Shown: in pieces, positions 37,681 through 48,068 of the stretch
How the letters are laid out: each line of letters begins with the position of its first letter
How positions within the stretch are numbered: the first letter of the stretch is position 1
Made by a program: the position numbers and the translations under genes
The notes under the pieces: generated by a model
Told to the model about the DNA's origin: nothing
Database searches by the model: none
Seen by the model: the letters and a program-made list of their open reading frames with translations, nothing else
Source of the DNA: an uncultured Candidatus Saccharibacteria bacterium
Lineage (GTDB): Bacteria; Patescibacteriota; Doudnabacteria; UBA920
Reading direction: 5' to 3'
Length of the DNA: 64,000 nucleotides
Assembly: GCA_964532425.1 (NCBI GenBank)
Contig: CAZHIA010000005.1
Location: 66,772-130,771 of the forward strand

Positions 37681-38280
37681 TCATGCGATCGTACGGGCCT
37701 TTGACTGCCGTTTATAGGCCCGGCTGAGCTGGTCCAATTCCGGCAGGATGCGCGGATCTTTAATCTGCTGGCGGGCAGCAAGTAGTATGTTTTCAAAGGA
37801 ACCGTCGAGTTCTCCTCGCTGGTAGTGGGTATATGCTTGGTAGCACAAATCAAGCTCGTGGAGCTGGCGCAACAGCAGCACCGCTTCATCCTTTCCTTTG
37901 GCATACTGACGCCATAACCGCCGGATAAACTTGCCGTCCTCGCCGGAGCGGTCCCGAATCATTTGAATAGAAAGCTTCTTGCGATGCTCGTATTCAGAAC
38001 GGAACAAGTTATTGGTAAGCGGCTGGCCTGAAACGGCCTTATGGTCGTCATGGACCAGGGCTAGCTGAATGAGCCTCAACTGGACCGATTCTTTGAGTTT
38101 GTGACGCTGGCCAAATAACATGGCCAGGTGCGACAGACTGAAACTGTGTTCAGCCACGCTCTGCATCGTCAGTTGCTTGGCATTACTTTCGCTATTAACC
38201 GGGATCCGACAGTGCCTCACCCGTTTCAGCGAATCAATAAAATGCATTGCTCCAACTGTGGGTGGAGTATTTGATCGCAC
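37681..38280 (-). CDS. HD-domain phosphohydrolase (YfbR-like)
   Basis: HSFSLSHLAMLF ... LALVHDDHKAVSG. Confidence 0.6.
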   Translation of the reverse strand: MRSNTPPTVGAMHFIDSLKRVRHCRIPVNSESNAKQLTMQSVAEHSFSLSHLAMLFGQRHKLKESVQLRLIQLALVHDDHKAVSGQPLTNNLFRSEYEHRKKLSIQMIRDRSGEDGKFIRRLWRQYAKGKDEAVLLLRQLHELDLCYQAYTHYQRGELDGSFENILLAARQQIKDPRILPELDQLSRAYKRQSKARTIA

Positions 38281-38371
38281 TCTTCCTCCTCAACTGTTCG
38301 TGCGGTACCTTTTAGTACGCCATAACACTATTGTAACTGCTTTAGCAGCACTCGGCAAACGCGCCTGATCA

Positions 38372-38896
38372 TCAGATCTTCCGTGAATCAATTGCCCAAT
38401 GCAGGAGCGCTTGCCGCTGTTTTCTGTGACATGTGAGATCTCTGGGATGGCAATGCTTCTTGAGCTGCACAATATGCCGGTTGATGTTTTTCCAGCGTTT
38501 GATCTGGCGCATATCGTCTTCTGTGCGCCTTCCCCGATAGTATCGGCAGTACCACTGGAACCAGCCGCGCGGATCCTGGGGATGAATCCAGCCTTTCTTC
38601 TGCCAGACCGAGAGCGGCTGCGAGGCGTTGAGCCGGAAGAAATTCTTTTGAGGATCATGATTAGCTTCCACTGTGACATCCTTATAGGTCAGCTTAGCTT
38701 TCTTGAACCACGTCTTTGGAAATTCGCTTTGACAATCAGCCAAATATAAACCCCCGAACACACCCAGCTCCAACATCTGCCTAGGCGTCAGTTCAGGCTT
38801 GAAATCGGGATAAAAATGTTTCCCTTCCGGTTCGGTCAAATAATAATGATAATCCGTCTGCAATTCGTCATGGACAGTGATTCTTTTTGGGTTCAT
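38372..38896 (-). CDS. hypothetical protein (174 aa, Trp/Arg-rich)
   Basis: No family recognised. Confidence 0.5.
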   Translation of the reverse strand: MNPKRITVHDELQTDYHYYLTEPEGKHFYPDFKPELTPRQMLELGVFGGLYLADCQSEFPKTWFKKAKLTYKDVTVEANHDPQKNFFRLNASQPLSVWQKKGWIHPQDPRGWFQWYCRYYRGRRTEDDMRQIKRWKNINRHIVQLKKHCHPRDLTCHRKQRQALLHWAIDSRKI

Positions 38897-38993
38897 TGTA
38901 AGAAAAATTAAGACACCTCCGTATTACGAATTGGGTACACTGAAACGTAATTCGCAATACGTAATGCGTAATTGTTCCTAATTGTCTAAGATT

Positions 38994-40382
38994 TTATGCC
39001 GCAATCTTCCTGGTCGGCCAGTGAGTCGGGCTTTCCTGAAACAACCATTCCGGACCGCTTGCTTTGATAAGGTCGAGAATCTTGTTACAGAAATAGTCTT
39101 CACGAAACCTCGGTGTAAGCAATTGTTCTACGGCAACGACCGCTTCATGATGCGTCAGCTGTACTCCGGTTTCCCGATGCCTTCTCCTCACCGCTGCTTC
39201 GTATTTATCCATGACCATCAAAAGCCTGGCCATGAACACCTGGCGGCACTCCGGCGTATCTGTAACACCCTCCTCTTTCACCGGCTTGAACCACCAGTCT
39301 TTGCGGTACGGACTGCTGTCGCGGTCGGCATGGTGTGCAGCCACGATCTCGATGGTCTGCTCATTAAAGACTTCCTGATGCTCTTTCAAGACTTCCACTG
39401 ACCATGCGCCGTGCTGGTCATATAATTTCCTTATAGGCTGGGCAAGATCCACGCCAGTCTGTTCGAGCGCTTTGAGCATCTTGATCTTGCCATCGCGGTT
39501 ATCCCATTCCATATAGGTTTCTATAACGGTCCGCACGGATGTATGTTCGGCATCCCGCACCCCCTCAACTGCGTAAAGTTTTGTCACGGCTTCCTGGGAC
39601 TGCAGCGATATATTCGACGGTCCGGTTTTGCCGATATCATGAACCAGGCTGGCCAGTCGCAAATTATGCATTTCCTGCACATCCAGATTCAATGCAGAAG
39701 AAGTGCGCCCCATAATAGCCTGCCAGAGGTGAACGACGCGCTCGCATCCCGCCATGATTTTTTTACAATCTTGGTTGAAATTGGTGAATTCTTCCAGTTG
39801 CTCCAACCGCTGCAATGGTCCGGCAGGGAATATTTCGGCGTCGAACCCCACTGCATGCAATTGTTCTTGCAGATTCAACTCCGCGATTGCCTTAAAATAC
39901 TTTTGGTGGACAATGGCACGAAAATCTTCATAGGTAGTTCCCGGACGCACTCGGGAAGCCGTAAGCAGCTGGATAATCATTGACCGAGCTTCGTTTATAC
40001 CATTTGGATCATGGGCAAATTTGGCAATTTCCGCTTTTTGGTCGAGCAGAAGAGCCGGAATCTCAGACATACGCTGATTGCCGAACATACTGCCATGTTG
40101 AACCGCCTTGTCGAGTAAGGTACAGGAGTTTTCCAATTCGCGCTTGAGCTGGTCCGCCGTGAGGTGAAATTCCTTGCAAAGTCCTGTCACATAGTTTCGG
40201 TCTTCAGACCCGGCTTCCCATGCGGCCCGAACCAATTCGTCTTCCTGCTCATGGGCGGCTTCCTCAGGAGACTGTCCCTGATCAACGGAAATTTCTGGAT
40301 GGCTCGTTTTCCACTCATTCCAACGATCCGCCATGCGACTTTCGAAGTCTTGCCGCCATTTGTCTTGTTCTGACGCACTCAT
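38994..40382 (-). CDS. HD-domain protein (462 aa)
   Basis: LASLVHDIGKTG and IVAAHHADRD. The N-terminal roughly 230 aa are unrecognised. Confidence 0.65.
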   Translation of the reverse strand: MSASEQDKWRQDFESRMADRWNEWKTSHPEISVDQGQSPEEAAHEQEDELVRAAWEAGSEDRNYVTGLCKEFHLTADQLKRELENSCTLLDKAVQHGSMFGNQRMSEIPALLLDQKAEIAKFAHDPNGINEARSMIIQLLTASRVRPGTTYEDFRAIVHQKYFKAIAELNLQEQLHAVGFDAEIFPAGPLQRLEQLEEFTNFNQDCKKIMAGCERVVHLWQAIMGRTSSALNLDVQEMHNLRLASLVHDIGKTGPSNISLQSQEAVTKLYAVEGVRDAEHTSVRTVIETYMEWDNRDGKIKMLKALEQTGVDLAQPIRKLYDQHGAWSVEVLKEHQEVFNEQTIEIVAAHHADRDSSPYRKDWWFKPVKEEGVTDTPECRQVFMARLLMVMDKYEAAVRRRHRETGVQLTHHEAVVAVEQLLTPRFREDYFCNKILDLIKASGPEWLFQESPTHWPTRKIAA

Positions 40383-40446
40383 TTTTTGTATCGTTAATGG
40401 ACCAATTTGGCTTTATTATAACAAAAAAAGGCTGATGATAAAAGTA

Positions 40447-40479
40447 AAGCAGCGTTCCACAGTTTAAGGAACGCTGCTT
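40447..40479 (-). terminator. rho-independent terminator
   Basis: aagcagcgttcc-loop-ggaacgctgctt, then a T-rich run on the minus strand. Confidence 0.55.
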
Positions 40480-40498
40480 CTAAGGCAAGGACTGCCGA

Positions 40499-40717
40499 TT
40501 AGTTTATGGTGCCGGGCTTGTCGAATTGAATCGGCTGGGAAAAAACCGCATCCCAGTTGTCCCGGTATGCATTGGTAGAACCCACGAACGCGCGGCCACC
40601 CGCACGAGTGCCGTGTACGGGACAATTTTGCGGAGAATAGCGGCTAAACGCGAGGGCCGCCCCCTCTTCCGTAATGATCCCATCGACAACTATGTGGTCC
40701 TTCTCATTACTGTCCAT
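40499..40717 (-). CDS. hypothetical protein (72 aa)
   Basis: Strong SD aggagg. Confidence 0.5.
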   Translation of the reverse strand: MDSNEKDHIVVDGIITEEGAALAFSRYSPQNCPVHGTRAGGRAFVGSTNAYRDNWDAVFSQPIQFDKPGTIN

Positions 40718-40831
40718 GCTTCCTCCTTTGAACGGACTTTCTATTATAAATAAGAGGGATTACCATGTCAACCACACTACAAACATACCTTCGATGCGCA
40801 ATGACATTGAAGGTATTGCATACCTAGCATG

Positions 40832-41425
40832 TTAACCCGGATCTATCGAAGAAATATCTGAATCGTTTTGGGACAATCTGGCTCTTTTCTGATAGGCTCT
40901 GAGGGAATAGATGCAGCCGCAATAATTTTGGATGTAAAGCTTCCTGTCCTGGGCCATGGACCTGCCTTTGTCCCATCTCCCCTGCTTTTTCCAATCTTCC
41001 TCATAAAATTGCACACCGTAAATTTGCCCGAGCATCCGACCGAGCGGATTGATGATCTTGGCTTCTTTGAACCTCCCCATGGACAATGTAGTGCTAAACA
41101 GCTCATACCCTTCCTGCTTTGCAAATTCCGCCGTCTTGTTCAGCCGCATTAAAATGCATTGGCTGCACCGTGGCCCGCCTTCTTTTTCCCGTTCCAGGCC
41201 CTTAATCGCTTGAGCCCACTTAGCCGGCTCATAGTCGCCGTCGATCATGGGAACCTGCCATTCATTGCAGACTTTAATCACTTGCTGCTTGCGTTTTTCG
41301 TATTCTGCTATGGGGTATATATTCGGATTATAAAAATAGGCCGTGAGATCGAACTTCGTCTTTAGTTCGTCAATGACCGCAATACTGCACGGGCCGCAAC
41401 AGATATGGAGGAGAAATTTCTTCAT
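40832..41425 (-). CDS. queH: epoxyqueuosine reductase QueH (DUF208)
   Basis: LLHICCGPCS ... YFYNPNIYP ... CSQC signature. Confidence 0.85.
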   Translation of the reverse strand: MKKFLLHICCGPCSIAVIDELKTKFDLTAYFYNPNIYPIAEYEKRKQQVIKVCNEWQVPMIDGDYEPAKWAQAIKGLEREKEGGPRCSQCILMRLNKTAEFAKQEGYELFSTTLSMGRFKEAKIINPLGRMLGQIYGVQFYEEDWKKQGRWDKGRSMAQDRKLYIQNYCGCIYSLRAYQKRARLSQNDSDISSIDPG

Positions 41426-41491
41426 ATTGACTCGGAACGGTTATGATAGTATTGTATAGAATCCCAAGAATTTGGACAAAAGGAGGAACCA

Positions 41492-41890
41492 ATGCCCACT
41501 AAGCAATGGGTAATCGCAAGGGCTTTACTCTATGCGGCCCTGGCAGCCGTTATTACAGCTGTACTTTCGGTACAGGATTCGCCCGGACAGAATGCCGGAC
41601 GTTTCACCTGCGATCAAATGAGGCCATTTCTTTCAGGCCTCGCAACCATGGCCGCATTCAGTGCCTGGAACTGGGTTTCAGGCGATGCGGTACAAACCTG
41701 GGCCTACACCAAGTACTGGGCCTTCTCATTTCTGTTTGTACAGCTCGCAGGACTCTGGTTGTTGGTCTGTCTCGGCAGCCTGTCCAACCAGCAAGGAAAG
41801 AGCGTTCTTATCGGGATCCTCGTGGGTACGATTATCGGCTCACTCCGAGTTCTGAACGCGCTTATAAAGAATGAGCGAATCGATTTCTGA
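41492..41890 (+). CDS. hypothetical membrane protein
   Basis: SD aaggagga. Four hydrophobic helices. Confidence 0.55.
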   Translation: MPTKQWVIARALLYAALAAVITAVLSVQDSPGQNAGRFTCDQMRPFLSGLATMAAFSAWNWVSGDAVQTWAYTKYWAFSFLFVQLAGLWLLVCLGSLSNQQGKSVLIGILVGTIIGSLRVLNALIKNERIDF

Positions 41891-42008
41891 ATCGACCGCA
41901 AGGGTCATCTTTGTTTACAAAGGTGGCCTTTTAAATTGGTAGGTCTTGACGTACCTGCAATATCTTATTACAAATACTATGCGAGGCACAAAGAGAAAGG
42001 ACGGGTCC

Positions 42009-42314
42009 ATGAAGTTAGGGGCATTCTTAACCCAGAATCGCGATACAGTTCAAAGTCTGAAAGGCAAGCGAATTAAGATCACGGGAAATTTCGGAGGGAA
42101 AGGCTTTTCAGAGTCTTCCACCATCGAAAGCATCCAGTCCAGGCGCGACGAGATTCGTATAACATTCCAGCCCGGGGTGAAGATCACCATTGCGGGGGAA
42201 TCTGCCCAAGTCGTAGGCGCCTACTGGCTCAAAGCGTTCGATGAGACGAATTTCCTGGTCGACCGAGAAGGATCGCCGGCCATCATCCCCCATGCGATCG
42301 TAGAAGTCCTCTAA
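42009..42314 (+). CDS. hypothetical protein
   Basis: ATG at 42009 with SD aaagga. The track start at 41946 lacks an SD. Confidence 0.45.
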   Translation: MKLGAFLTQNRDTVQSLKGKRIKITGNFGGKGFSESSTIESIQSRRDEIRITFQPGVKITIAGESAQVVGAYWLKAFDETNFLVDREGSPAIIPHAIVEVL

Positions 42315-42323
42315 ACGACAAAA

Positions 42324-42353
42324 TAAAGCGGTACCATGTACGGTACCGCTTTT
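42324..42353. terminator. Bidirectional rho-independent terminator
   Basis: aaagcggtacc-atgta-cggtaccgctttt. Confidence 0.65.
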
Positions 42354-42380
42354 AATTCAATTGAGGGAAAGGCTGTAATG

Positions 42381-44219
42381 TTATTTCTTTAAAACAGCCA
42401 AGAACGCTTCCTGCGGAATATCAACTTTACCGATTTTCTTCATTTTTTTCTTGCCGCGCTTCTGCTTGTTGAGAAGCTTCATCTTGCGGGTCACGTCGCC
42501 GCCGTAGAGGTAGCCGGTCACGTCCTTGCGCAGGGCAGAAATAGTCTCGCGCGCAATAACCTTGCCGCCGATAGCTGCCTGGATTGCGATCTCAAATTGG
42601 TGGCGCGGAATGAGCTGCTTGAGCTTTTCCACCAGTTCTTTACCATCAGTTTGGGCAACTGAGCGGTGCATGATGGCAGCGAGAGCCGGAACCGGCTCTC
42701 CTGCTACAAGGATGTCGACTTTGACCAAATCCCCTACCCGCTCTTCAATAAAATCATAATTCAGAGATGCATATCCGGAAGAAACCGACTTCAGTTTGTC
42801 GTAAAAATCCAGAATAATATTGGCCAGCGGCATCTCGAACATCATATCTACGCGCGTGTTGCCAATGTATTTGATATCTTTGGAAATAGCCCGGCGCTGG
42901 TTGGAAATTTCCATGATGGGACCGATATAATCCGTCGGCGTCAGGATATTGACTGACATCCACGGTTCATAGATCTCCTTGATGGTTGCGGGATCGGGAA
43001 ACTCCGCAGGGTTATGAATATAGAATTCCTCGCCGTTGGTTTTGACCACGCGGTAGGCTACGGAAGGTGCGGTCAGCACTAAATCCAGGTTATACTCGCG
43101 CATCAGGCGTTCCTGCACAATATCCATGTGCAAGAGGCCCAAAAACCCGGTCCGGAAACCGAAGCCAATGGACGGAATGTTGATCGGCTCGAATTCCAAA
43201 GCCGCATCGGATAGCTTGAGCTTTTCCATGGCATCGCGCAGCAGCGGGTAATCGTCTCCCGAGACTGGGAAAATGGTCGCATAGACCATGGGCTTAATTT
43301 GCTTGTACCCGGGCAGCTGGGTGACCTGCGATTTACCGGCGGAAAGCGTAACCGTATCTCCGACACGCGCCTTACTGACATCCCGCAAGCCGGTCACAAT
43401 GTACCCGACCTCACCCGTTTTAATCTCGTCCGACTTTTCCATTTTAGGATGGAAATAACCAACCTCAAGACTTTCCGCTTCGGTTTGAGAACCGATCATA
43501 AAGATCTTTTCGCGGTTTTTGAGGCTGCCATCCATGGCGCGGACAAACACAATAACTCCGCGATGAATGTCGTACATGGAATCGAAGATGAGGCCGCGGA
43601 ACGGTCTTTGCGGATCGCCTTTCGGCTGGGGTACGCGCTCGATAACTGCCTTTAAAATTTCCTCCACCCCTTCCCCGGTCTTGCCGGATGCATACAAAAT
43701 TTCGTCATCAGTAAACCCGAACGCGCTCTTTAACTCCTCAGCTGTCTTTTTGCGATCGGAGTTTGGCAGGTCAATCTTGTTTACGACCGGAATCAGTACA
43801 AGGTCATGTTCGAGCGCCAGGTAGACGTTAGCCAGGGTCTGGGCTTCTATGCCTTGGGTAGAGTCCACAACCAAAATCGCCCCCTCGCAGCACGCCAGCG
43901 AACGGGAAACTTCATAGGTAAAGTCCACATGACCCGGGGTATCAATTAAGTTCAAAGTGAAAAGTTCAAAGTTAGAAGTTTCTTCTCCGTCAATTTTTAA
44001 CTTTTCACTTTGAACTTTGAATGTATATTCCATCCTCACCGGCTGCAGTTTGATGGTAATGCCGCGTTCGCGTTCCAGATCCATTTGGTCCAGCAGCTGG
44101 TCTTTCATCTCCCGCTTGCTCACCGTATGTGTCACTTCCAAAAGCCGGTCAGCCAGTGTGGACTTGCCGTGATCGATATGCGCGATGATGCAGAAATTTC
44201 GTATGTGTGACTGGTCCAT
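42381..44219 (-). CDS. lepA: elongation factor 4 (LepA)
   Basis: NFCIIAHIDHGKSTLADRLL, DTPGHVDF and the LepA C-terminal domain. Contains an in-frame roughly 20-aa insertion encoded by a palindromic repeat. Confidence 0.95.
   Translation of the reverse strand: MDQSHIRNFCIIAHIDHGKSTLADRLLEVTHTVSKREMKDQLLDQMDLERERGITIKLQPVRMEYTFKVQSEKLKIDGEETSNFELFTLNLIDTPGHVDFTYEVSRSLACCEGAILVVDSTQGIEAQTLANVYLALEHDLVLIPVVNKIDLPNSDRKKTAEELKSAFGFTDDEILYASGKTGEGVEEILKAVIERVPQPKGDPQRPFRGLIFDSMYDIHRGVIVFVRAMDGSLKNREKIFMIGSQTEAESLEVGYFHPKMEKSDEIKTGEVGYIVTGLRDVSKARVGDTVTLSAGKSQVTQLPGYKQIKPMVYATIFPVSGDDYPLLRDAMEKLKLSDAALEFEPINIPSIGFGFRTGFLGLLHMDIVQERLMREYNLDLVLTAPSVAYRVVKTNGEEFYIHNPAEFPDPATIKEIYEPWMSVNILTPTDYIGPIMEISNQRRAISKDIKYIGNTRVDMMFEMPLANIILDFYDKLKSVSSGYASLNYDFIEERVGDLVKVDILVAGEPVPALAAIMHRSVAQTDGKELVEKLKQLIPRHQFEIAIQAAIGGKVIARETISALRKDVTGYLYGGDVTRKMKLLNKQKRGKKKMKKIGKVDIPQEAFLAVLKK
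43971..44041. repeat. 71-nt imperfect palindrome (ttcaaagtgaaaagttcaaagtt ... aacttttcactttgaactttgaa) inside lepA.
   Basis: Arms are reverse-complementary. In frame, it encodes FKVQSEKLKIDGEETSNFELFTL just before the G3 motif DTPGH. Confidence 0.55.
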
Positions 44220-44319
44220 AGATGCAGATATACAGATTAATGCAGATTTACAAATAACTACAGATAATCAGCCTCTATCTGTAGTTATCTGTAAATTTGT
44301 TATTATTTGTAGATTGGCA

Positions 44320-45918
44320 TTATTGGTTTTTATTATACAGAATCCGCTTGAAAAAATCCAGGGTCTTTTGGGCTTGTTCGAGCCTGGTTACCATCGTCAG
44401 GATTACAAAGACAGCTAAACCGGCACCAATCGACAATCCTGATTGAACGAAGATCCCGAACGTTGTCCGGGTGTTGACCAGCGGAGCGAACAGGCGGATA
44501 CAACCGTAGCTGACCAGCCCCATTCCCAGGCTTGCTATAGAAATTTTGTAGACGAAAATGGAGAGCTTGCGGTCGAACTCCTGGATGACATCGCGACTCC
44601 CAAGCTTACTGTGCAGGATAAGGAACAACAGAAGCGCATCCAGGGTCGTCGAAAGGGCAAAAGCCGACGCTATGCCGGTGAGCCCATAAGCCCTGCCCCA
44701 GAAGTACGCCAGTACTGCGTTAAGAATGATCGAGGACAGATTGGTGCAAACCGGTATGATCGTGTTATGGCGGGCATAAAAAGACTTGGCAAACAATGGA
44801 GACAAGCTCTGGCCAATCAACGAGAACGTAAAGATGCCCAGAGTGTTCAGTGTCGCCACGGTCTCAGGCCATCCGAATTTTCCATGGCCAAGCACCAGAC
44901 GAACGATATATGCACGGAATACCATCATCAGCACAGAGATCGGGACAATGAAGAACAGAATTTGCATCGCAGTACTGGCCAATGTATCGGCAAATTTTTC
45001 GAGCCGACCTTCCGCGTAATATTCCGACAACACCGGAAATGAAGCGGTGGCTACAGAAATGGCGAATATACCGAGCGGTACCGCTTGGAGATTGTTGGCA
45101 AAATTGAAGACACTCACCGACCCGGCAACCAGTATCGAGCCGACCGAAGTTCCAATGAGCAGGCTTATTTGAGAATTATCCATGCCCAAAATGCGCGGCA
45201 AAAAAAGCCGGCCAACTTGCCGCAACACCGGCTCCTTCCAGTCCACGCTTGCACTCCACCGATAGCCGAAACGTACTGCTTCCGGGATTTGCACCAGCAG
45301 ATGGCTAACAGCTCCAATTATTACCCCAAAACCGAGCCCCATGAGCCCTAACTTTGGATACAGGAAGAACAGCCCGAATATAATCCCGAGATTGTACATG
45401 ATCGGAGCCAGGCTCACGACCAGGAACTTTTTTTGGGAATTTAAAATGCTGGTAAAGACGTTGGAAATGGTAAAGATGATTGGCGACAGCAGGAACAACC
45501 TCGTTAGCCTGACCGTGTCCTCGAATTTCCCGTCCGTAAACCCCGGTACAAGCCCGTGGGCAATCTGCCGCGAGCCGGCGTACAGAATGGCACATATCAG
45601 AATAATGCTCAACGCCGAAATATTCAGCACTGAATTGGCGATCCGGTATGCCCGGTCTTTATCTTTCATCAACCACTCGGTGAATACCGGAATGAACGCC
45701 ACGGAGAGCGTGCCCAAAACAAGCAGGTTAAACGTAAAGTCAGGAATGCGGAATGCCGCGTAGTACGTGTCGAGCGTGTCTCCCGGGCCGATCTTGCCGG
45801 CCAGCAGCGAATCGCGCAGCAAAGCCACGAGTTTTGCCACAAGCGTAAACACCCCGACAATAATCGCGGCTTTAGTGATAGAAAAATTGGTTTCCAGGCT
45901 TTGAAGTTTTCGTATCAT
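44320..45918 (-). CDS. murJ: lipid II flippase MurJ
   Basis: 532 aa, 14-TM MviN/MurJ pattern. Confidence 0.85.
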   Translation of the reverse strand: MIRKLQSLETNFSITKAAIIVGVFTLVAKLVALLRDSLLAGKIGPGDTLDTYYAAFRIPDFTFNLLVLGTLSVAFIPVFTEWLMKDKDRAYRIANSVLNISALSIILICAILYAGSRQIAHGLVPGFTDGKFEDTVRLTRLFLLSPIIFTISNVFTSILNSQKKFLVVSLAPIMYNLGIIFGLFFLYPKLGLMGLGFGVIIGAVSHLLVQIPEAVRFGYRWSASVDWKEPVLRQVGRLFLPRILGMDNSQISLLIGTSVGSILVAGSVSVFNFANNLQAVPLGIFAISVATASFPVLSEYYAEGRLEKFADTLASTAMQILFFIVPISVLMMVFRAYIVRLVLGHGKFGWPETVATLNTLGIFTFSLIGQSLSPLFAKSFYARHNTIIPVCTNLSSIILNAVLAYFWGRAYGLTGIASAFALSTTLDALLLFLILHSKLGSRDVIQEFDRKLSIFVYKISIASLGMGLVSYGCIRLFAPLVNTRTTFGIFVQSGLSIGAGLAVFVILTMVTRLEQAQKTLDFFKRILYNKNQ

Positions 45919-48062
45919 TGGCGGGAGGTCAGGACAAAACCGTAAAAATGATTACCGGCGATTTCCCCTGTAACACTGATCGAATCCGAACTAACTTGCG
46001 CATCAGCTGCATTAGTCCATTCTAGCCGTTTTCCGGGGAAATGGAAAGCGTAAGAAAATGGATAATTGACCGCGCCGATCTGTTTTTCGACAAGCAAACT
46101 CGCATGGTCCACACTACCGAGCGTGTATGGCAACAGGTACGTTAACTGGATAGTCCGGCTTTGTCCGCCTTCAAGGGTCAGCCAGTTTCCGAAAAATGTT
46201 TTGCCGGATTCCTTACCAATCAAGGTGCCGGTAGTTACGTCGCGTACGGCATTCTTTTCCCAGGCTTGGACGTCTGGATCCGTCATGTAGTCGCCGGGCG
46301 GCTGCACCAGGTCCTTCCGGTCAAAACCGCTATTGTCCACCAACACAGAACCAGCAGGCACATAAATCCGAACAAAACTGGTGTTTTCCGTGTCTTTCAT
46401 TTGGGGTAGCCGGTTCGTGCGCGTAATCGTCACATGGTTCTGAATCTGCCCGTTCGGCAAGAGCGTGGAGTCCAGTGACACCTGCTGACTGATGAACAGG
46501 TCTGTTTTCGTCCCACCCAAATTACTTGAAACGATCGACAAAAAATCCCGATCAGTATCTTTCATGCTTCCAGACCAATTAAACGCTTCAAGTAAGCTTT
46601 CCGCTTGCGGGTCACGGGAATACACGACCGCCTGTTTTTCGTTTAGACTCAGTTGGAGGTTTTCAACGAACAGTGCGAATTGGTCAGGGGGCAAGGCCGT
46701 AATTTTTTGAATGAGTACGGGGAAGAAATCGGCAAGCAGTTGCTTGGGAGTGTTCAGGGGCTGAGTGCTGCTCATCGTAGTCAGCGCTTGCACCTGTTCG
46801 ACAAAATTGTCTGAATCCAGCGTTACATTGTAGCTGGGCATCTCGATGGGGCCGGTCACTTTGAGGGTATTAACTACCACGGTCGGTGTCATGGCAATAA
46901 CCACATCAGGCGTCTCCCCTCCTTCTTTTTCGTAAAATGAAGAAATCTTGCGGGCCGTTTTCGGAAAATCGGCAAACCAGTTGCTGTCGCGCAAGTACCA
47001 GCGGTCATTGACATTGAGCACCGGTTCCGGCGGGGCAATTTTTTCTTCAAGCTGGCCGTCCAGGTCATAAATGCTGCTGATGTGCATGCGTTCGATCTGT
47101 CCATTCTGCAAATTGACAGCACCGAACGTACCGATAAAACCCCCGCCCGCGCGAAGTTCATTATTATTCTCAAAAACGAACAGGATGTTTTTGTTCCCGC
47201 GGATCAACCCGGTCCCCAAAGTAAAAAGCTGGGAAAAATTATCGGCCGTTTTAGAAAGCACAGCTAACTTGCCTTTGAGATCTGAAAATTCTGTCCGCCG
47301 CTGTTCTGGCAGAACTGATTCCTGGATCGAGGAAACTTTCTCATTTGCCGCATCGATATTTTTTACTACAAGTGACAGGGTTACTGTCAAAGAGTCTAAT
47401 ATCTGCCCACTATCCCCCGAAAAAGCCAGGCCTTGCGGGGTGAATTTTACCTGTTCAGCGGTGTGGTAAAATTCAATAATCTCCGTACCGGCCAAAGCCA
47501 TATGTTGCCCTGCTTCAATAAGATTCTCCCCTCCCTTTTTTTGAGGAAGGACACTGAATAAAGCATTAGCCAGGCTGCCTGCTGAATCCAGTTCTTGTTT
47601 ACTTTCTTTAAAATTTTTCAAAGCCGCAGTGAACTCGTTTCTCGCTCCGGTTATATCTTTATCAGACATTGACTGCTTCGCTTCGAACAAGTGCTCACTG
47701 CCCCGGGTGGCGAACTGCATGACGCGATCTTTTAACTGCAATCCTGCGGCAGCAAGATATGCAGACTGCAGAGCCAAAACCGATAAAGCCACAAGCAGCA
47801 AGAAACAACCCAAAGCAAATTTAAAATTCGCGCTGGCAGCCAGACGGCGGCGAATGCGAAGATGCAGCTTAGTTTCTACCCATTGGGCATACGCCGATCT
47901 CAAAAGCATGCCTGCCGCAAGAATGATGGCGTTCCCAATGTAGTAATTGAGCATGAATAAAGCTTTGAAAGGAGCAAAAAACGCCCGAGCGATCCACGCG
48001 CGTCGTTTGTATCCTTTCGGCTTTGGAACCGGGAGATTGTATGAAGAATGAATATGGGGCAT
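45915..48062 (-). CDS. DUF4012 domain-containing envelope protein
   Basis: N-terminal TM. FENNNELRAGGGFIGTFG is the DUF4012 hallmark. Overlaps the murJ start by 4 nt. Confidence 0.75.
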   Translation of the reverse strand: MPHIHSSYNLPVPKPKGYKRRAWIARAFFAPFKALFMLNYYIGNAIILAAGMLLRSAYAQWVETKLHLRIRRRLAASANFKFALGCFLLLVALSVLALQSAYLAAAGLQLKDRVMQFATRGSEHLFEAKQSMSDKDITGARNEFTAALKNFKESKQELDSAGSLANALFSVLPQKKGGENLIEAGQHMALAGTEIIEFYHTAEQVKFTPQGLAFSGDSGQILDSLTVTLSLVVKNIDAANEKVSSIQESVLPEQRRTEFSDLKGKLAVLSKTADNFSQLFTLGTGLIRGNKNILFVFENNNELRAGGGFIGTFGAVNLQNGQIERMHISSIYDLDGQLEEKIAPPEPVLNVNDRWYLRDSNWFADFPKTARKISSFYEKEGGETPDVVIAMTPTVVVNTLKVTGPIEMPSYNVTLDSDNFVEQVQALTTMSSTQPLNTPKQLLADFFPVLIQKITALPPDQFALFVENLQLSLNEKQAVVYSRDPQAESLLEAFNWSGSMKDTDRDFLSIVSSNLGGTKTDLFISQQVSLDSTLLPNGQIQNHVTITRTNRLPQMKDTENTSFVRIYVPAGSVLVDNSGFDRKDLVQPPGDYMTDPDVQAWEKNAVRDVTTGTLIGKESGKTFFGNWLTLEGGQSRTIQLTYLLPYTLGSVDHASLLVEKQIGAVNYPFSYAFHFPGKRLEWTNAADAQVSSDSISVTGEIAGNHFYGFVLTSRQ

Positions 48063-48068
48063 AGGGAC

